Shown here in pieces: positions 35,322 through 48,100 of a DNA stretch of 64,000 nt (within the stretch, counting starts at the first letter, position 1; each line of letters opens with the position of its first letter). The position numbers and the translations under genes are program-made. This DNA comes from Chrysemys picta bellii (Eukaryota). The notes beneath the pieces are model-generated. The model saw nothing but the letters and a program-made list of their open reading frames with translations. It was not told the DNA's origin and ran no database searches. The stretch covers positions 5,828,001 to 5,892,000 of the forward strand of contig NC_088803.1 in NCBI RefSeq assembly GCF_011386835.1, in the 5' to 3' direction.

Positions 35322-38300
35322 TCAGTACATGGACGGCTTCTCCTCGCCCTTGGGGTTTGTCAGCTTCTCCAGGTTCTGGGTGAGGATGTGATAGAGCTCG
35401 GCCTGGGAGGGGAGACAAAAGAAAGGAGCTCGAGGGGGCCAGAGAAACCCCCACAGAGAGATTCCCCCTGAACCAAACCCCTCCCATTGGAGCCCCCCCA
35501 GCCCTCACTGAGACCCCCCCAGAGCCACGCCCCCTGGGGTCCCCTCCCTATTCCCTGCTCCTCCCCAGCCTTCACTGAGACCCCCCCCAGAACCACACCC
35601 CCTGGGGTCCCCTCCCTATTCCCCCCCCAGCCCTCACTGAGACCCCCACAGAACCACACCCCCTGGGGTCCCCTCCCTATTCCCCCCCCAGCCCTCACTG
35701 AGACCCCCACAGAACCACACCCCCTGGGGTCCCCTCCCTATTCCCTGCTCCCCCCCCAGCCCTCACTGAGACCCCCACAGAACCACACCCCCTGGGGTCC
35801 CCTCCCTATTCCCTGCTCCCCCCAGCCCTCACTGAGACCCCCCCAGAACCACACCCCCTGGGGTCCCCTCCCTATTCCCTGCTCCCCCCCAGCCCTCACT
35901 GAGACCCCCACAGAACCACACCCCCTGGGGTCCCCTCCCCGTTCCGTGCCCCACCAGCCCTCACTGAGACCCCCCCAGAACCACACCCCCTGGGGTCCCC
36001 TCCCTATTCCCTGCTCCCCCACCAGCCCTCACTGAGACCCCCCCAGAACCACACCCCCTGGGGTCCCCTCCCTATTCCCTGCTCCCCCACCAGCCCTCAC
36101 TGAGACCCCCACAGAACTACACCCCCTGGGGTCCCCTCACCGTTCCCTGCCCTCCCCAGCCTTCACTGAGACCCCCACAGAACCACACCCCCTGGGGTCC
36201 CCTCACCGTTCCCTGCCCTCCCCAGCCCTCACTGAGACCCCCACACAACCACACCCCCTGGGGTCCCCTCCCCATTCACTTCCCCCCAGCCCTCACTGAG
36301 ACCCCCACAGAACTCCCCTCCCCCCAGGGTCCTCTCCCCATTCCCTGATCCCCCCAGCCCTCGGAGACTCCCACAGAACCACAGCCCACGGGGTCCCCTC
36401 CATGTTCACTCCTCCCTCCAGCCCTCACTGAGACCTCCACAGAACCACACCCTCCGGGGTCCCCTCCTCGTTCCCCGCCTCCCCCTAACCCTCACTGAGA
36501 CCCTCACAGAACCACACCCCTGGGGTCCCCTCCCTGTTCCCTGCCCCGCCCAGGCCTCACTGAGACCCCCACAGAACCACACCCCACAGGGTCCCCTCCC
36601 CGTTCCCAGCCCCCCATACTCACGTAGAAGCCCCGAATGTCCAGCACCATGGTCCGGATCTCCCCATAGATCACCTCGTCCCGCTCATGGACCAGAGTCC
36701 GGTAATCCATCTGGGGGCAGGGGACGCTGGTTAGCTTGGCTGGGGGCACTGCTGTGGGGAAGCTCACAGCCCTGGAGCCCCCCAACCCCCTGGCTCAGGG
36801 AACTGCTGTGGGGAAGCTCACAGCCCCGGAGCCCCCCAACCCCCTGGCTCAGGGCACTGCTGTGGGGAAGCTCACAGCCCCGGAGCCCCCCAACCCCCTG
36901 GCTCAGGGCACTGCTGTGGGGAAGCTCACAGCCCCGGAGCCCCCCAACCCCCTGGCTCAGGGCACTGCTGTGGGGAAGCTCGCAGCCCCGGAGACTCGCA
37001 GACCCTGTTTCAGGGCACTGCTGTGGGGAAGCTCGCAGCCCCCAATCACTTACCACGTGGGTCTCCTTCGAAGCCTTCGCCACGGCATCTCCTCGCTCAG
37101 AGAAATATCTGGGGGTGAAGAGAGAGTGAGAGCAGGACCAGACCATTACCCATAGTGCCCTGGGGCACAGACACCCATGGGGAGAGTATTACCCACAGTG
37201 CCCTGGGGCTGGGGCACCAATGTAGAGCATTACTCAGGATTCCCTGAGGCATGAAAGCCAATGTAAGCAATTACCCACCATGCCCTGGGGCAGAGACATG
37301 GTTGGGGGGGCGTGACCCACAATGCCCTGGGGCAGACATGGGGGATGGTGAAACTCACTTGGAAATAGCTGTCTGGAAGCCCTCGACCTTGGTCTTGATG
37401 GCCGTCACCCGCTCCAGCACCTTCTCCTGGAGGAGGGGGGAGATGGGGGTGAGATTGGGGTCCCTGTAGAGGGGGGACTGGCTGAGGGGGGACTGAGGGG
37501 GCCCTTACCTGAATGGCCACCCCAAAATCATTCCCGTCCTCAATTCTGGGGATCAGGTGATGGATCCAGGTGATGACCTGGAGACAGAGAGACAGTGAGA
37601 GGGGGCCAGGGCACTGCTAGGGGGAAGCTCGCAGCCCTGGCATCTCCCACCCACTGGGGACACCATTGCAGGGAAGCTCGCAGCCCTGTGGGCACTGCTG
37701 CAGGGAAGCTCGCAGCACCAGCGCAGAGGAGGGTTCGGGGGGGCTCACCAAAACACATTTCTCCTTCAGCTCCCGCACCTCCGGCTTGACCCGGCCCAGC
37801 AGCGTCACCATGGCCTCGTTGCCCTTCAGGTAGCCGCATTTGGGAGCTGGGGGGGGGGGGAGGAGGGGGGGAGAAAAGGGAGGACAACAGGGGGTGAGTC
37901 CACAGCCCAACCCAGCCCCCCCAAAATCCTGCCCCCCAAAACTGCCCCAAAACTCACTCTCCTTTTTCTCCTCCTTATCCGTCTCCATGTTAGTCGAGTC
38001 CTGGAGGGGGGAAGGGGACAGGAAATGAGTCAGCGCCTCACCAGCACGGGGTGGTGTAACACAGGGGGAGGAGGGTTACCCCAAAACTCACCTCGTCCTC
38101 ATCCTTGGGGGGCGGGTCAGGGATGGGGATATCCAGGGGGGCCCGGAGGGTCGAGAGATCCTTGATGTTCAATGAATCCTCCTGCATGACAGCAAAGTTA
38201 TCTGTGGGGGGCGCTCTCCCGGGGGGAAAAAAGGGGGGGGCAGGAGTGTGAGGGCCAACCCGGGGGGCACTGACAGTGTGGGGGAGATCCCAGGGCTGAC

Positions 38301-39263
38301 AGTGTGGGGGAGACCAGCAGGGGTGTTCTGGGGCGACCCTGGGGTGGATCCCAACTGGGGGCAACCGAGGGCTGTTGTGGGGTCCCAGCACTGGGGGGCA
38401 CTGACAGTGCATGGGGGAGTATGGGTGCATGGGGAGGGGGCGTTCTTACCTTCAGGAACTTGTCCAGTTGAAAGATTTTTTGGGGTAAAAATGTTGACAG
38501 GAATTGCTCAGCCTGGGGGGGGAAGAGAGAGGGGTCACAGGGGTATTTGGGGGATAATTCATCCCAGTGGGGGGCAGTTAATCATGGGGGGGGCAGATTT
38601 ACCTCCTTGAAGAGAGATTCCCTGAAGAGCTCGACCTAAAAACACGGAGAGGGCAAGAAAAGGCAGCTGAGTCTGGGGTGGGTCACGGCTGTGAAAACAG
38701 GGCTCAAGACCCCTGCCAACCCCCCTCCCCACAGCACGGCGCCCCCCTGGTGACTCCCCCCTCCCCACGGCACAGTGCCCCCGCTGGCCCCGTGCCCCAT
38801 GGCCCCCCCCTGCCCACCTCCCTTCCCACAGCACGGTACCCCCCTACTCCACAGCGCCCCCTGCCAACCCCCTTCCCCACTGCACGGCGCCCCCCCCCTC
38901 GCCCCACAGACCCCCTCCCCCTTCCCGACGGCGCCCCCTGCCGGCCCGCTCCCCCGCAGCACGTGGCCGGCTCGGGGATTCCCCTGGGGAAGCGGAAGGG
39001 GGATCCCCGGGGGTGACGCACGAGTTGGGGGGTCCTGGGGGGACAGGTTTCCATCCCTCTCCTTGGCCCCCTCATCTCACCCGCCCCCCGATCTCGCCGC
39101 CCCCCCGCTGCACCCCCGATCTCGCCGCCCCCCCGATCTCACCGCCCCCCCACTGCACCCCCGATCTCGCCGCCCCCCACTGCACCCCCGATCTAGGGGC
39201 CCCGCAGCCCCCCACCTGCCGGCGGGACTCCCCGCTGACTTTCACAGCGCAGGCCTTGGCCAT
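35322..39263 (-). CDS. PSME2: Proteasome activator PA28 beta, 244 aa
   Basis: 11 minus-strand exons: 39263-39216, 38635-38603, 38512-38450, 38181-38092, 38000-37958, 37846-37749, 37577-37509, 37426-37359, 37108-37054, 36710-36624, 35402-35322. [14 protein letters not shown]; C-terminus [11 protein letters not shown]. Eight exon sizes are identical to PSME1. Confidence 0.96.
35490..36610. repeat. About 64-bp VNTR, PSME2 intron 10
   Basis: ccagccctcactgagacccccacagaaccacaccccctggggtcccctccctattccc repeated. Confidence 0.95.
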
Positions 39264-39303
39264 GGTCCGGGTCTGTCTGTCCGCGGGAGCCCGGCTCTGA
39301 CCC

Positions 39304-39320
39304 CTTTCGATTTCACTTTG
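39304..39320 (-). promoter_or_regulatory. ISRE/IRF-E upstream of the PSME2 ATG
   Basis: The minus strand reads CAAAGTGAAATCGAAAG, about 40 nt upstream of the ATG. Confidence 0.82.
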
Positions 39321-40559
39321 CCGGGCCCGCCCCCCGCCCCGCCCCGGGCAGCGCCCCCTGCCGGCCCCCGCCAGCCTTGGGGTCCCCCGAGACCTCCTGC
39401 CCCTACTCCCACTCCCTGCCCCCCTACCATCCCCTGCCAGCCTTGGGGTGTCCCCCATGAGACCCCCTTGCCCCCCCCGCCCGGCCTGCCTCCGTACCCT
39501 ACCGGCCCCCACCAGCCTTGGGGTCCCCCGAGACCTCCTGCCCCTACCCCTACTCCCTGTCCCCCTACCGTCCCCTGCCAGCCTTGGGGTGACCCCCATG
39601 AGACCCCCTTGCACCCCCCACTGCCAGCCCTGCCTCCCTACCCTCTCCTGCCGGCCCCCGCCAGCCTTGGGGTCCCATTGACACCCCCTGCCCCCACTCC
39701 CGGGGTCCCCACTGCCAGCCCTGTTCCCCAGTCACAGACCTGCCTCCCTACCGCACCTGCCCCCCATTGCCAGCCCCGGGAGTCCCCACAGCCAGCCTTG
39801 GAGTCCCCCTGCCACCCCCCCCATCCTCCCTGCCAGCCCTGGGGCCCCTTCGCCAGCCTTGGGGTCCCCCCGAGACCCTCACAGCCCGCCACTCTCAGAC
39901 CTGCCCGCTTACCGTCCCCTGCCCCCCGCCAGCCTTTCGGCCCTGAGCCCCTCACTGCCCCCGCGGCCCGGGGCCCCCTGCCAGCCTTGGGCTCCACTTT
40001 CCCAGCCCTGGGTCCCCCCGCTACCTCCAGTGCCCCAACTGCAAGACCTGCCCCCCTGCCGCCCCCCCACCGGCTCGCGGGCCCCCCTGTCGCCCCCCCA
40101 CCAGCTGTTTCTCTTTCTCTTCCGTCCCCAGCGCGCTCCTTCCGCGAGTTCTCGGCCGGGCCCCGCCCGCTGCAGGGTGAGACCCCCCCGCCGGACCTCC
40201 TACACCCCCCGGACCCGCCGCCGGACCCCTGCACCCCCCGGCCCACCCCAGGGCCCGCCGCCTCTTCCCTACACCCCCGACCCACCCCAGCCCCCCCCCC
40301 CCCCCCCCCGCTGATCCCTCTGCTCTCCCCGGCTCGCCAGCCCCGTCGCCCCCTCTGCTCCACCCGACCCTTTTCCCGGCCCCCTCTTCACGCCCCCGCC
40401 CCACCCCCGGCTCACCCTGCACCCGCCTGCCCCCTGCACCCCCCCGGCTTGCCCCGGGGCCCACCCTGCACCCCCCGCCCCCTGCATCGCCAGGTCCGAC
40501 CCCCGGGCAATGGGGGACCGGGGTACAGGGCTGTGGGCGCGGCGTGGGGGATCAGGGTA

Positions 40560-42100
40560 CGGGGTCTGTCCAGGGGAGATTGGGGTACGGGGAAGCTGGT
40601 ATGGGTGGGGGCTGGTTCGGGATATCAGGGTACAGTGGGGGGCTGGCTGGGGGGTATTGGGGTATGGGTGGGGGCTGGCTCGGGATATCAGGGTACAGTG
40701 GGGGGCTGGCTGGGGGGTATTGGGGTATGGGTGGGGGCTGGCTCGGGATATCAGGGTACAGTGGGGGGCTGGCTGGGGGGTATTGGGGTATGGGTGGGGG
40801 CTGGCTCGGGATATCAGGGTACAGTGGGGGGCTGGCTGGGATATCGGGTTAAGGGTGGGGGCTGGTTGCAGGAATCTGGGTACGGGGGGTTGGTTGCAGG
40901 GATCGGGGGGTATGGAGGGGCTGGCCGGGGGATATTGGGGTATGAGTGGGGGCTGGCTTGGGATGTCTGGGTACAGTGGGAGGCTGGCTGGGGATATCGG
41001 GGTACAGGGGGGGCCGATTGCAGAAATACAGGGGCCGGCTGGGGATAGCTAGGTATAGTGGAAGGCTTGCTGGGGGATATTGGGGTACAGCAGGGGGCTG
41101 GTTGCAGGAATTGGGGTACAGGGGCTGGCTGGGTATATCGGGGTACAGTGGAAGGCTGGCTGGGGATACTGAGGTCCAGGGGGCCGGTTGCAGGAATCGA
41201 GTTACAGGGGCTGGCTGGGGATATCGGGGTACGGGGAGTTGGTTGCAGGAATCGGGGAATGGGTGGAGAATATCTGGGTACGGGTGAGGGCTGGCTGGGG
41301 ATATCGGGGTATGGGGGTTGGTTGCAGTGATCGGGATATGGGGACCGGCTGGGGATACTGGGGTATGGGGGGTTGGTTCCAGGGATCAGGGTATGAGTGG
41401 GGAATATCTGGGTACGGGTGAGGGCTGGCTGGGGATATCGGGGTACGGGGGGTTGGTTGCAGGGATCAGGGTACGGTGGGGAATATCTGGGTACGGGTGA
41501 GGGCCGGCTGGGGATATCGGGGTACGGGGGTTGGTTCCAGGGATCAGGGTATGAGTGGGGAATATCTGGGTACGGGTGAGGGCCGGCTGGGGATATCGGG
41601 GTACGGGGGTTAGTTCCAGGGATCAGGGTATGAGTGGGGAATATCTGGGTACGGGTGAGGGCTGGCTGGGGATATCAGGGTACGGGGGTTTGGTTCCAGG
41701 GATCAGGGTATGAGTGGGGAATATCTGGGTACGGGTGAGGGCCGGCTGGGGATATCGGGGTATGGGGGGTTGGTTCCAGGGATCAGGGTATGGGTGGGGA
41801 ATATTGGGTACAGGTGAGGGCTGGCTGGGGATATCGGGGTATGGGGGTTGGTTGCAGGGATCGGGATATGGGGACCGGCTGGGGATACTGGGGTATGGGG
41901 GATTGGTTGCAGGGATCGGGGTATGGGTGGGAAAAAACTGGGTACGGGTGAGGGCTGGCTGGGGATAAAGAAGTCCAGGGGGGCTGGTTGCGGGAATCGG
42001 GTATGGGGGCTGGCTGGGGATATTAGGGTACGGGTGGGGGCTGGCTGGGGATATGGAGGTCCGGGGGGACCGGCTGCAGGAATCGGGGTATGGGGGCAGC
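40560..42100. repeat. G-rich VNTR upstream of the first RNF31 coding exon
   Basis: gggtacgggtgagggctggctggggatatcgggg... repeated. Confidence 0.9.
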
Positions 42101-42133
42101 AGGTTAACCCTTCGCTCTCCCCCAGGCCGGGTC

Positions 42134-45100
42134 ATGGCGCAGGCGGTCCCCCCCCTCGGGGAGCCCCAGTTCCTGCAGCTGCGGGAGGAGTTGGTGCAGG
42201 CGCTGGCCCAGAGCCCGGTGGATCTGCACCCCGAGACTGTCCAGCTGCTGGTCGAGGCCCCCCTGCCCCCACACGTCAAGTACCGGGAGATTGACGCCCA
42301 GGGCATCCTCCGTGCCAACATGCAGGGGCAGGTAGTGCTGGGCTGGGGGGAGGACATGGGGGGCAGGTGGAGGGAGAGTTGGAGGGCAGGAATGGGGGAC
42401 TGGGGAGGGGGTGTTGGGGGGCAAATGGGGGGTGAGGGCGTTAGTGGTAGGGCTGGGGGCTGGGGAGGGGGCATTGGGGGGCAAATGGGGGGCATGGGGG
42501 ATTTGGGGAGGAGGAGTGGGGGGCTGGGGAGGGGAGGAGCCATTGGGGCGGATGTGGGGGGGAGTTGGGGGCAGGAGTGGGGGGTTGGGGAGGGGAAGGG
42601 GGAAGATGGCAGGTGGGGGAAGTTGGGGACAGGAATGAGGGGCTGGGGAGCAGGTGTTGGGGGCAGATGGCAGGTGGGGGAGTTGGGGGGCGGGCCTGGG
42701 GAGCAGGCGTTGGGGGCAGATGGCAGGTGGGGGAGTTGGGGGCAAGAATGAGGGGCTGGGGAGCGGGCGTTGGGGGCAGATGGCAGGTGGGGGGGAGTTG
42801 GGGGGCGGGGCTGGGGAGGGGAGGGGGCATTGAAGGCACTGAAGGGGGTCAGCAGCAGCGGGGCTGGGATGGGGGTTGGGGTTGTAAGAGGGGGACTGGG
42901 AGGGTGAGAGGGGATGGGGCAGAGGCAGGAGGGGTAGAGGGGCTCTGCGGGAGGGGCAGAGTCAGGGGTGGGGGAGGGATTGGGGAGCTCTGGGTGGGAG
43001 CGGAGGGGCAGAATGGGGGGCTCCTGGCAGGAGGGGAGTTGGGGGGGAAAAGGGGGGCAGGGTCTCCGCTCTGGGCTGCCCCTCATGCCCCCCATTGCTC
43101 CCCAGCCCCCGGCCTGCCTGCGAACCATCTCCACAGCCCTCAACATCCTGGAGAAATACGGGCGCAACCTACTGAACCCCCTGAAACCCCGCTACTGGCG
43201 CGGGGTCAAGTTCAACAACCCCGTCTTCCGCAGCACGGTCGACGCCATCCAGGTGGGACCTCGGCCCCCGGGCCTCCCTAAGCCCCCAGTGCCCCGAACC
43301 CCCCCCCCGGCCCCTCTCCCCAGGGCCCAGATCGCCCAGCCCCTGACCCCCCCGAATCCCCCAGCCTGTGGACTCCCTGGCCCCAGATCACCCAGCTACA
43401 CTGAACCCCCCAGGATTGCCCAGCCCCCCCGAACCGCAGTACCCAACAAACTTGGCTTTTTCAGCATGGATGAAGCCAGGTGAGACCCCCAAATACGCGT
43501 TCTGGTCTGCGGAATCCCCCCAGCTCCTGAACCCCACTCACTCCCTGTACGCCAATATCCAATAACCCCATATTCTGCAGCAGGGTCGACACCATACAAG
43601 TGAAAGCCCGAACCCCCAACCCCAAATCTCCCAGACCTGCGATACCAACACCACCGTCCCCCCCCAATCTCCCAGCCCCCCAGTTACCAACACCCTGCCC
43701 CCTAATCTCCCAGCCCCCCAGTTACCGACACCCCCGTCCCCTGAATCTCCCAGCCCCCCAGTTACCAACACCCTGCCCCCTAATCTCCCAGCCCCCCAGT
43801 TACCGACACCCCAGCCCCCTGAATCTCCCAGCGCCCCAGTTACCGATACCCCCTCAATCTCCCAGCCCCCCAGGTACCGACACCCCCGCCCCCTCAATCT
43901 CCCAGCCCCCCATTTACTGACACCCCCGCCCCTCAACCTCCCAGCCCCCCAGGTACCGACACCCTAGTTCAGAGGTGGGCAAACTATGGGCTGCGGGCCA
44001 CACCCGGCCCATGGGACTGTCCTGCCCGGCCCCTCCCCTGCTGTCTGGCTGCTCGAGCCGGGCGGCGCGGCTCAGGGGTGAACACAGAGTGCCCTGGCCG
44101 GCCCCCGGCACTCGGGCAGCTCAGCGCCGGTGCCCCCCGCAGCGGGGGTGGGGTGAGCAGGGAGGGAGGCTCACCCGCAGCCTCCGGGGAGCAGGCGGGG
44201 GGTGCAGGTGGTGGGAGCGCAGGGAACGTGGCGGGAGGACGCAGGAGGACACCGGGCGGCCGCGCAGCCGGGTGGAGAGAAGCGGTGCTTTGAAGGGGAA
44301 ACCGCCCCCTCTCTCTGGCTGTGCGGCTGCCCCTGCTCTTTCTGAGTCCTCCGCCGTGTTCGCAGGGCCACATTCCCAAAGGAGCTGGGGGGGTGCCAGG
44401 GGGCCGTTAGGGGTGGGAGGTCCCGGGGGGTGGTTAGGGGCAGGGGGGTCCCGGGAAGGGGGGGGGCAGGGGTCAAGGAGCAGGGGGGTTGGATGGGTCA
44501 GGAGTTCTGAGGGGGGCAGTCAGGGGCCGGGAAGTGGGAGGGGGCACATAGGGGGCGGGGGCCAGGCTGTTTAGGGGGGGCACAGCCTTCCCTACCCAGC
44601 CCTCCATACCGTTTTGCAACCCCAATGTGGCCCTCGGGCAAAAAGTTTGCCCACCCCTGGTCTAGTTACATCCCAGCCCCCCTCCCCCCATATTTCCCAG
44701 TCCCGAAGGTACCGACACCCCCGTCCTCCCAGCCCCCCAGTTACTGACACCCCCGTCCCCTGAGCCTCCCAGCCCCGAAGGTACCGACACTCCCGTCCCC
44801 CCCAAATCTCCCAAACCCCCAGTTACTGACACCCCCATCCACCAACCTCCCAGCCCCAAAGGTACCGACACTCCCGTCCCCCCCAAATCTCCCAAACCCC
44901 CAGTTACTGACACCCCCATCCCCCGACCTCCCAGCCCCAAAGGTACCGACATCCCCGCCCCCTCAACCTCCCTGCCCTCCAGTTACTGACACCCCCATCC
45001 ACCAACCTCCCAGCCCCAAAGGTACTGAAACCCCCATTCCCCCAAATCTCCCAAACCCCCAGTTACTGACACCCCCGTCCCCTGACCTCCCAGCCCCGAA

Positions 45101-48100
45101 GGTACCAACCTCCCAGCCCCCCAGTTACCAACAACTCCCGCCCCCTCAACCTCCCTGCCCTCCAATTACCGACACCCCCATCCCCCCCAAATCTCCCAAA
45201 CCCCCAGTTAGACATCCCCGCCCCCCCAACCTCCCAGCCCCCCAGTTACCGACACCCTAGTTACACCCCAGCCCCCCGATCCCCCCCAGCCCTGGTTCTA
45301 ACGCGGCTCCTCGCAGGGCGGGCGGGACGTGCTCCGTCTCTACGGCTACACGGAGCAGCAGCCGGACGGGCTGAGTTTTGCCGAGGGGCTGGAGGAGCCG
45401 GACGCCCGGCGCGTGGCCTCCGTCACCGTGGACGTGGTGCTGCTGAGGGCCGAGCTCAACATGCTGCTCTCGGTAGGGGGCGCCGGGGGACGGGGGGGGC
45501 TGGACGGGTAGGGCTGAGCAGGAGGTGCTGTGGGGAAGGGAGCAGGGTGGGGACAGGGTAGGGGGCTGAGCAGGGGGTGCTGTGGGGCAGGGTGGGGGCT
45601 GAGCAGGAGGTGCTGTGGGGAAGGGAGCAGGGTGGGGGCAGGGTAGGGGGCTGAGCAGGGGGTGCTGTGGGGCAGGGTGGGGGCTGAACAGGAGGTCCTG
45701 TGGGGCAGGGAGCGGGGTGGGGTGGGGGCTGGGCAGGGGGCACCGTAGGGCAAGGAGCGGGGTGGGGGCTGAGTCTCATTGTGTCGTTTCCATTTCAGAA
45801 CAATCACCCGAACCCCGATATCCTGCAGGGAATGCTGCAGGGGGGGCAGGAGGTGAGGAGGGGCAAGTGGGAGGGGATCTGGGGGTGGAGGGCAGGGGCA
45901 GGGTTGGGAGAGGTAGGGCTGGGATGAGGCGTAGGGCTGGGCGGTCGGGTGGATCGAGGGGTTCGGCTGGGCCTGTCACCTCTTCATCTCTTCCAGGTGA
46001 CCCTCATCCCGGACTCGGTGCCCGTCCATGACACGGCGCCCCCCGGAGCCTTGCCCCAGACGGGTACGTGCCACGGGGCGCCATGGGGAGTAGGGCACAG
46101 GGAGCTCTGTCTGTGAGGAGAGCACGGGGGGAGCCATGGGCCTGGGGAGTGGGGGTGCTGTGGGGCATGGAGGTGGCTCTGGCTGTCGGGGGTGCTGTGG
46201 GGCAGGGCGGTGGGGACTGGGAGCAGAGGAGCACCGGCTGGGGGACGCTGTGGGGAGAGGGCGGGGGCACTGTGGGGCTGGGGAGTGGGGGTGCTGTGGG
46301 GCACAGAGGGGGTTCTGGCTGTGGGGCAGGGCAGTGGGGACTGGGAGTGGGGGACCACTGGCTGGAGGACATGGGGGGGCTGGGCTGTGGGGTGATCCCT
46401 CTCTCCCACCCCCCAGGGCCAGCCCCCCCGGCCACCTGCCTGCTGTGTGGGATGGAGCCAGCGTCCCTGCTCTGCCCTGAATGCAACCAGAGTCTCTGCC
46501 CCGAATGCGACCGTCTCTTCCACAAACACCCAGCCCGGGCCCAGCACCGGCGCCTGTCCGTGGGGGAACTGGGCTTGGGGGCTGGGCCCCCTGCACAGAG
46601 GTAACGGGGATCCCCCTGAGCCACCCTGCCCCCAGGTATTGGAGCCCCCCACCCTGAGCCCCCCAGGATACAAGGACCCCCTGAACCCTGTTCTGCCCCC
46701 ATAGAAGGGGCCCCCTCTGTGACCCCTGAGCCCCCGATAATGGGGACCCCCTGATCCCCCCCCAGGACTTGGGTCCCTCCTGAACCCTATTCTACCCCCA
46801 GGCAATACATGAATTATGATTACAAATGAATTGAAACATTGAAAATTACATTTGAAATAAAAATAAAGAAATGTAAAAAAAAAAAAAAAAAAAGAAGTTT
46901 CCTACTGAACTGGCCGTAATTCCTGAGCCGAAACGGTGATTCAAATGAACTGGCTCATTAAACTTTACGTTCCGAATGCGATTTCTTCTCCCTTTAACTC
47001 CCAGACTGCAAAATTAACAAATTACAGTCAAACTGCAGTCCGAGGGAATACAAAAATAAATAAATGGAAACTAAAACTAAAAATCACGGCTTTGCCCCAA
47101 TACTCAGGAAAATCCCCCAAATCAGTGAGAGCTGGACCTGAAGCAGGACATTTCCGATGCTTTCGATGTTTTTTCTTCTTTGTTTAGTAACGCCCCCCCC
47201 CCCCCGAGATCAGGTGAATTGCAATTCAAAAAGAAATCAAGTGAAATTAAAAATTCAATTTCCAATCAAAATAAAAGCTGTCGATTTTTGACAACTGTTT
47301 CATAACAGCTTTGCCATAAAGCGACGTGCGTCTGATGCAGAACAGATCCCAGCAGCTAATCAAGGGGAAGTTTTCCATTTCCAACACGGTCGCTGATTTT
47401 CCTGGTTTTCTCTCTCGTTAAGAGAGACAATTATCAAATACACGAATGACCGTGAGAAAGAACAGCGGGTGAAATAAAAAACGAAACGCAAATTTCCTGG
47501 CAAATAAAACGCCAAGTGAACGAATTTGATTCAAAATTCACTACCAGAAAAGATTCAATTGAAAATAAAAATGAAAAATGTACATTCTAAAACCCAGGCT
47601 TGAATATTAATGACTAAAATGAAGAAAATGCCCCCCCCCGCCCCCCGAATTGGTGGCTCGATCATGGGCAGCAGTTTTCCGCGCTGGCTTTTTTAAATAA
47701 AAGCCCAAATTCTTGGGGGCCAACAGGTGCATCACAGGGGGGACCTGGCTCTCAGGGGGATCACCCAGCTGCCCACACCCCAACACAGCAAGTCAGTGAG
47801 GGGAACCCGCTCGCTCGCGGAGTACGGCCCCATTCAGACAACAGGCCCCCTCGTTTGGGGGACCCCCTGCCTGGCCCCAATCCCCCCTTCCCCCAGGTGT
47901 TGGGGTCCCCCTGCCTGATCCCCCACCTCTAGGTATTGGGGATCCTCTGCCTGACCCCAATCCCCCATCCCCCAGGTGTTGGGGTTCCCCTGCCTGATCC
48001 CCCACCTCTAGGTATTGGGGATCCTCTGCCTGACCCCAATCCCCCCTTCCCCAGGTGTTGGGGTCCCCCTGCCTGGCCTCTCAGTCACCCCGGCCCAGGT

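Noticed and set aside
38182-38203. Alternative upstream acceptor for PSME2 exon 4
   Set aside because: It adds 20 nt and shifts the frame. The downstream AG restores homology.
38775-41048. 757-aa Pro/Gly-rich ORF
   Set aside because: It crosses the PSME2 exon 1 antisense, the promoter and VNTRs. Composition artefact with no domain.
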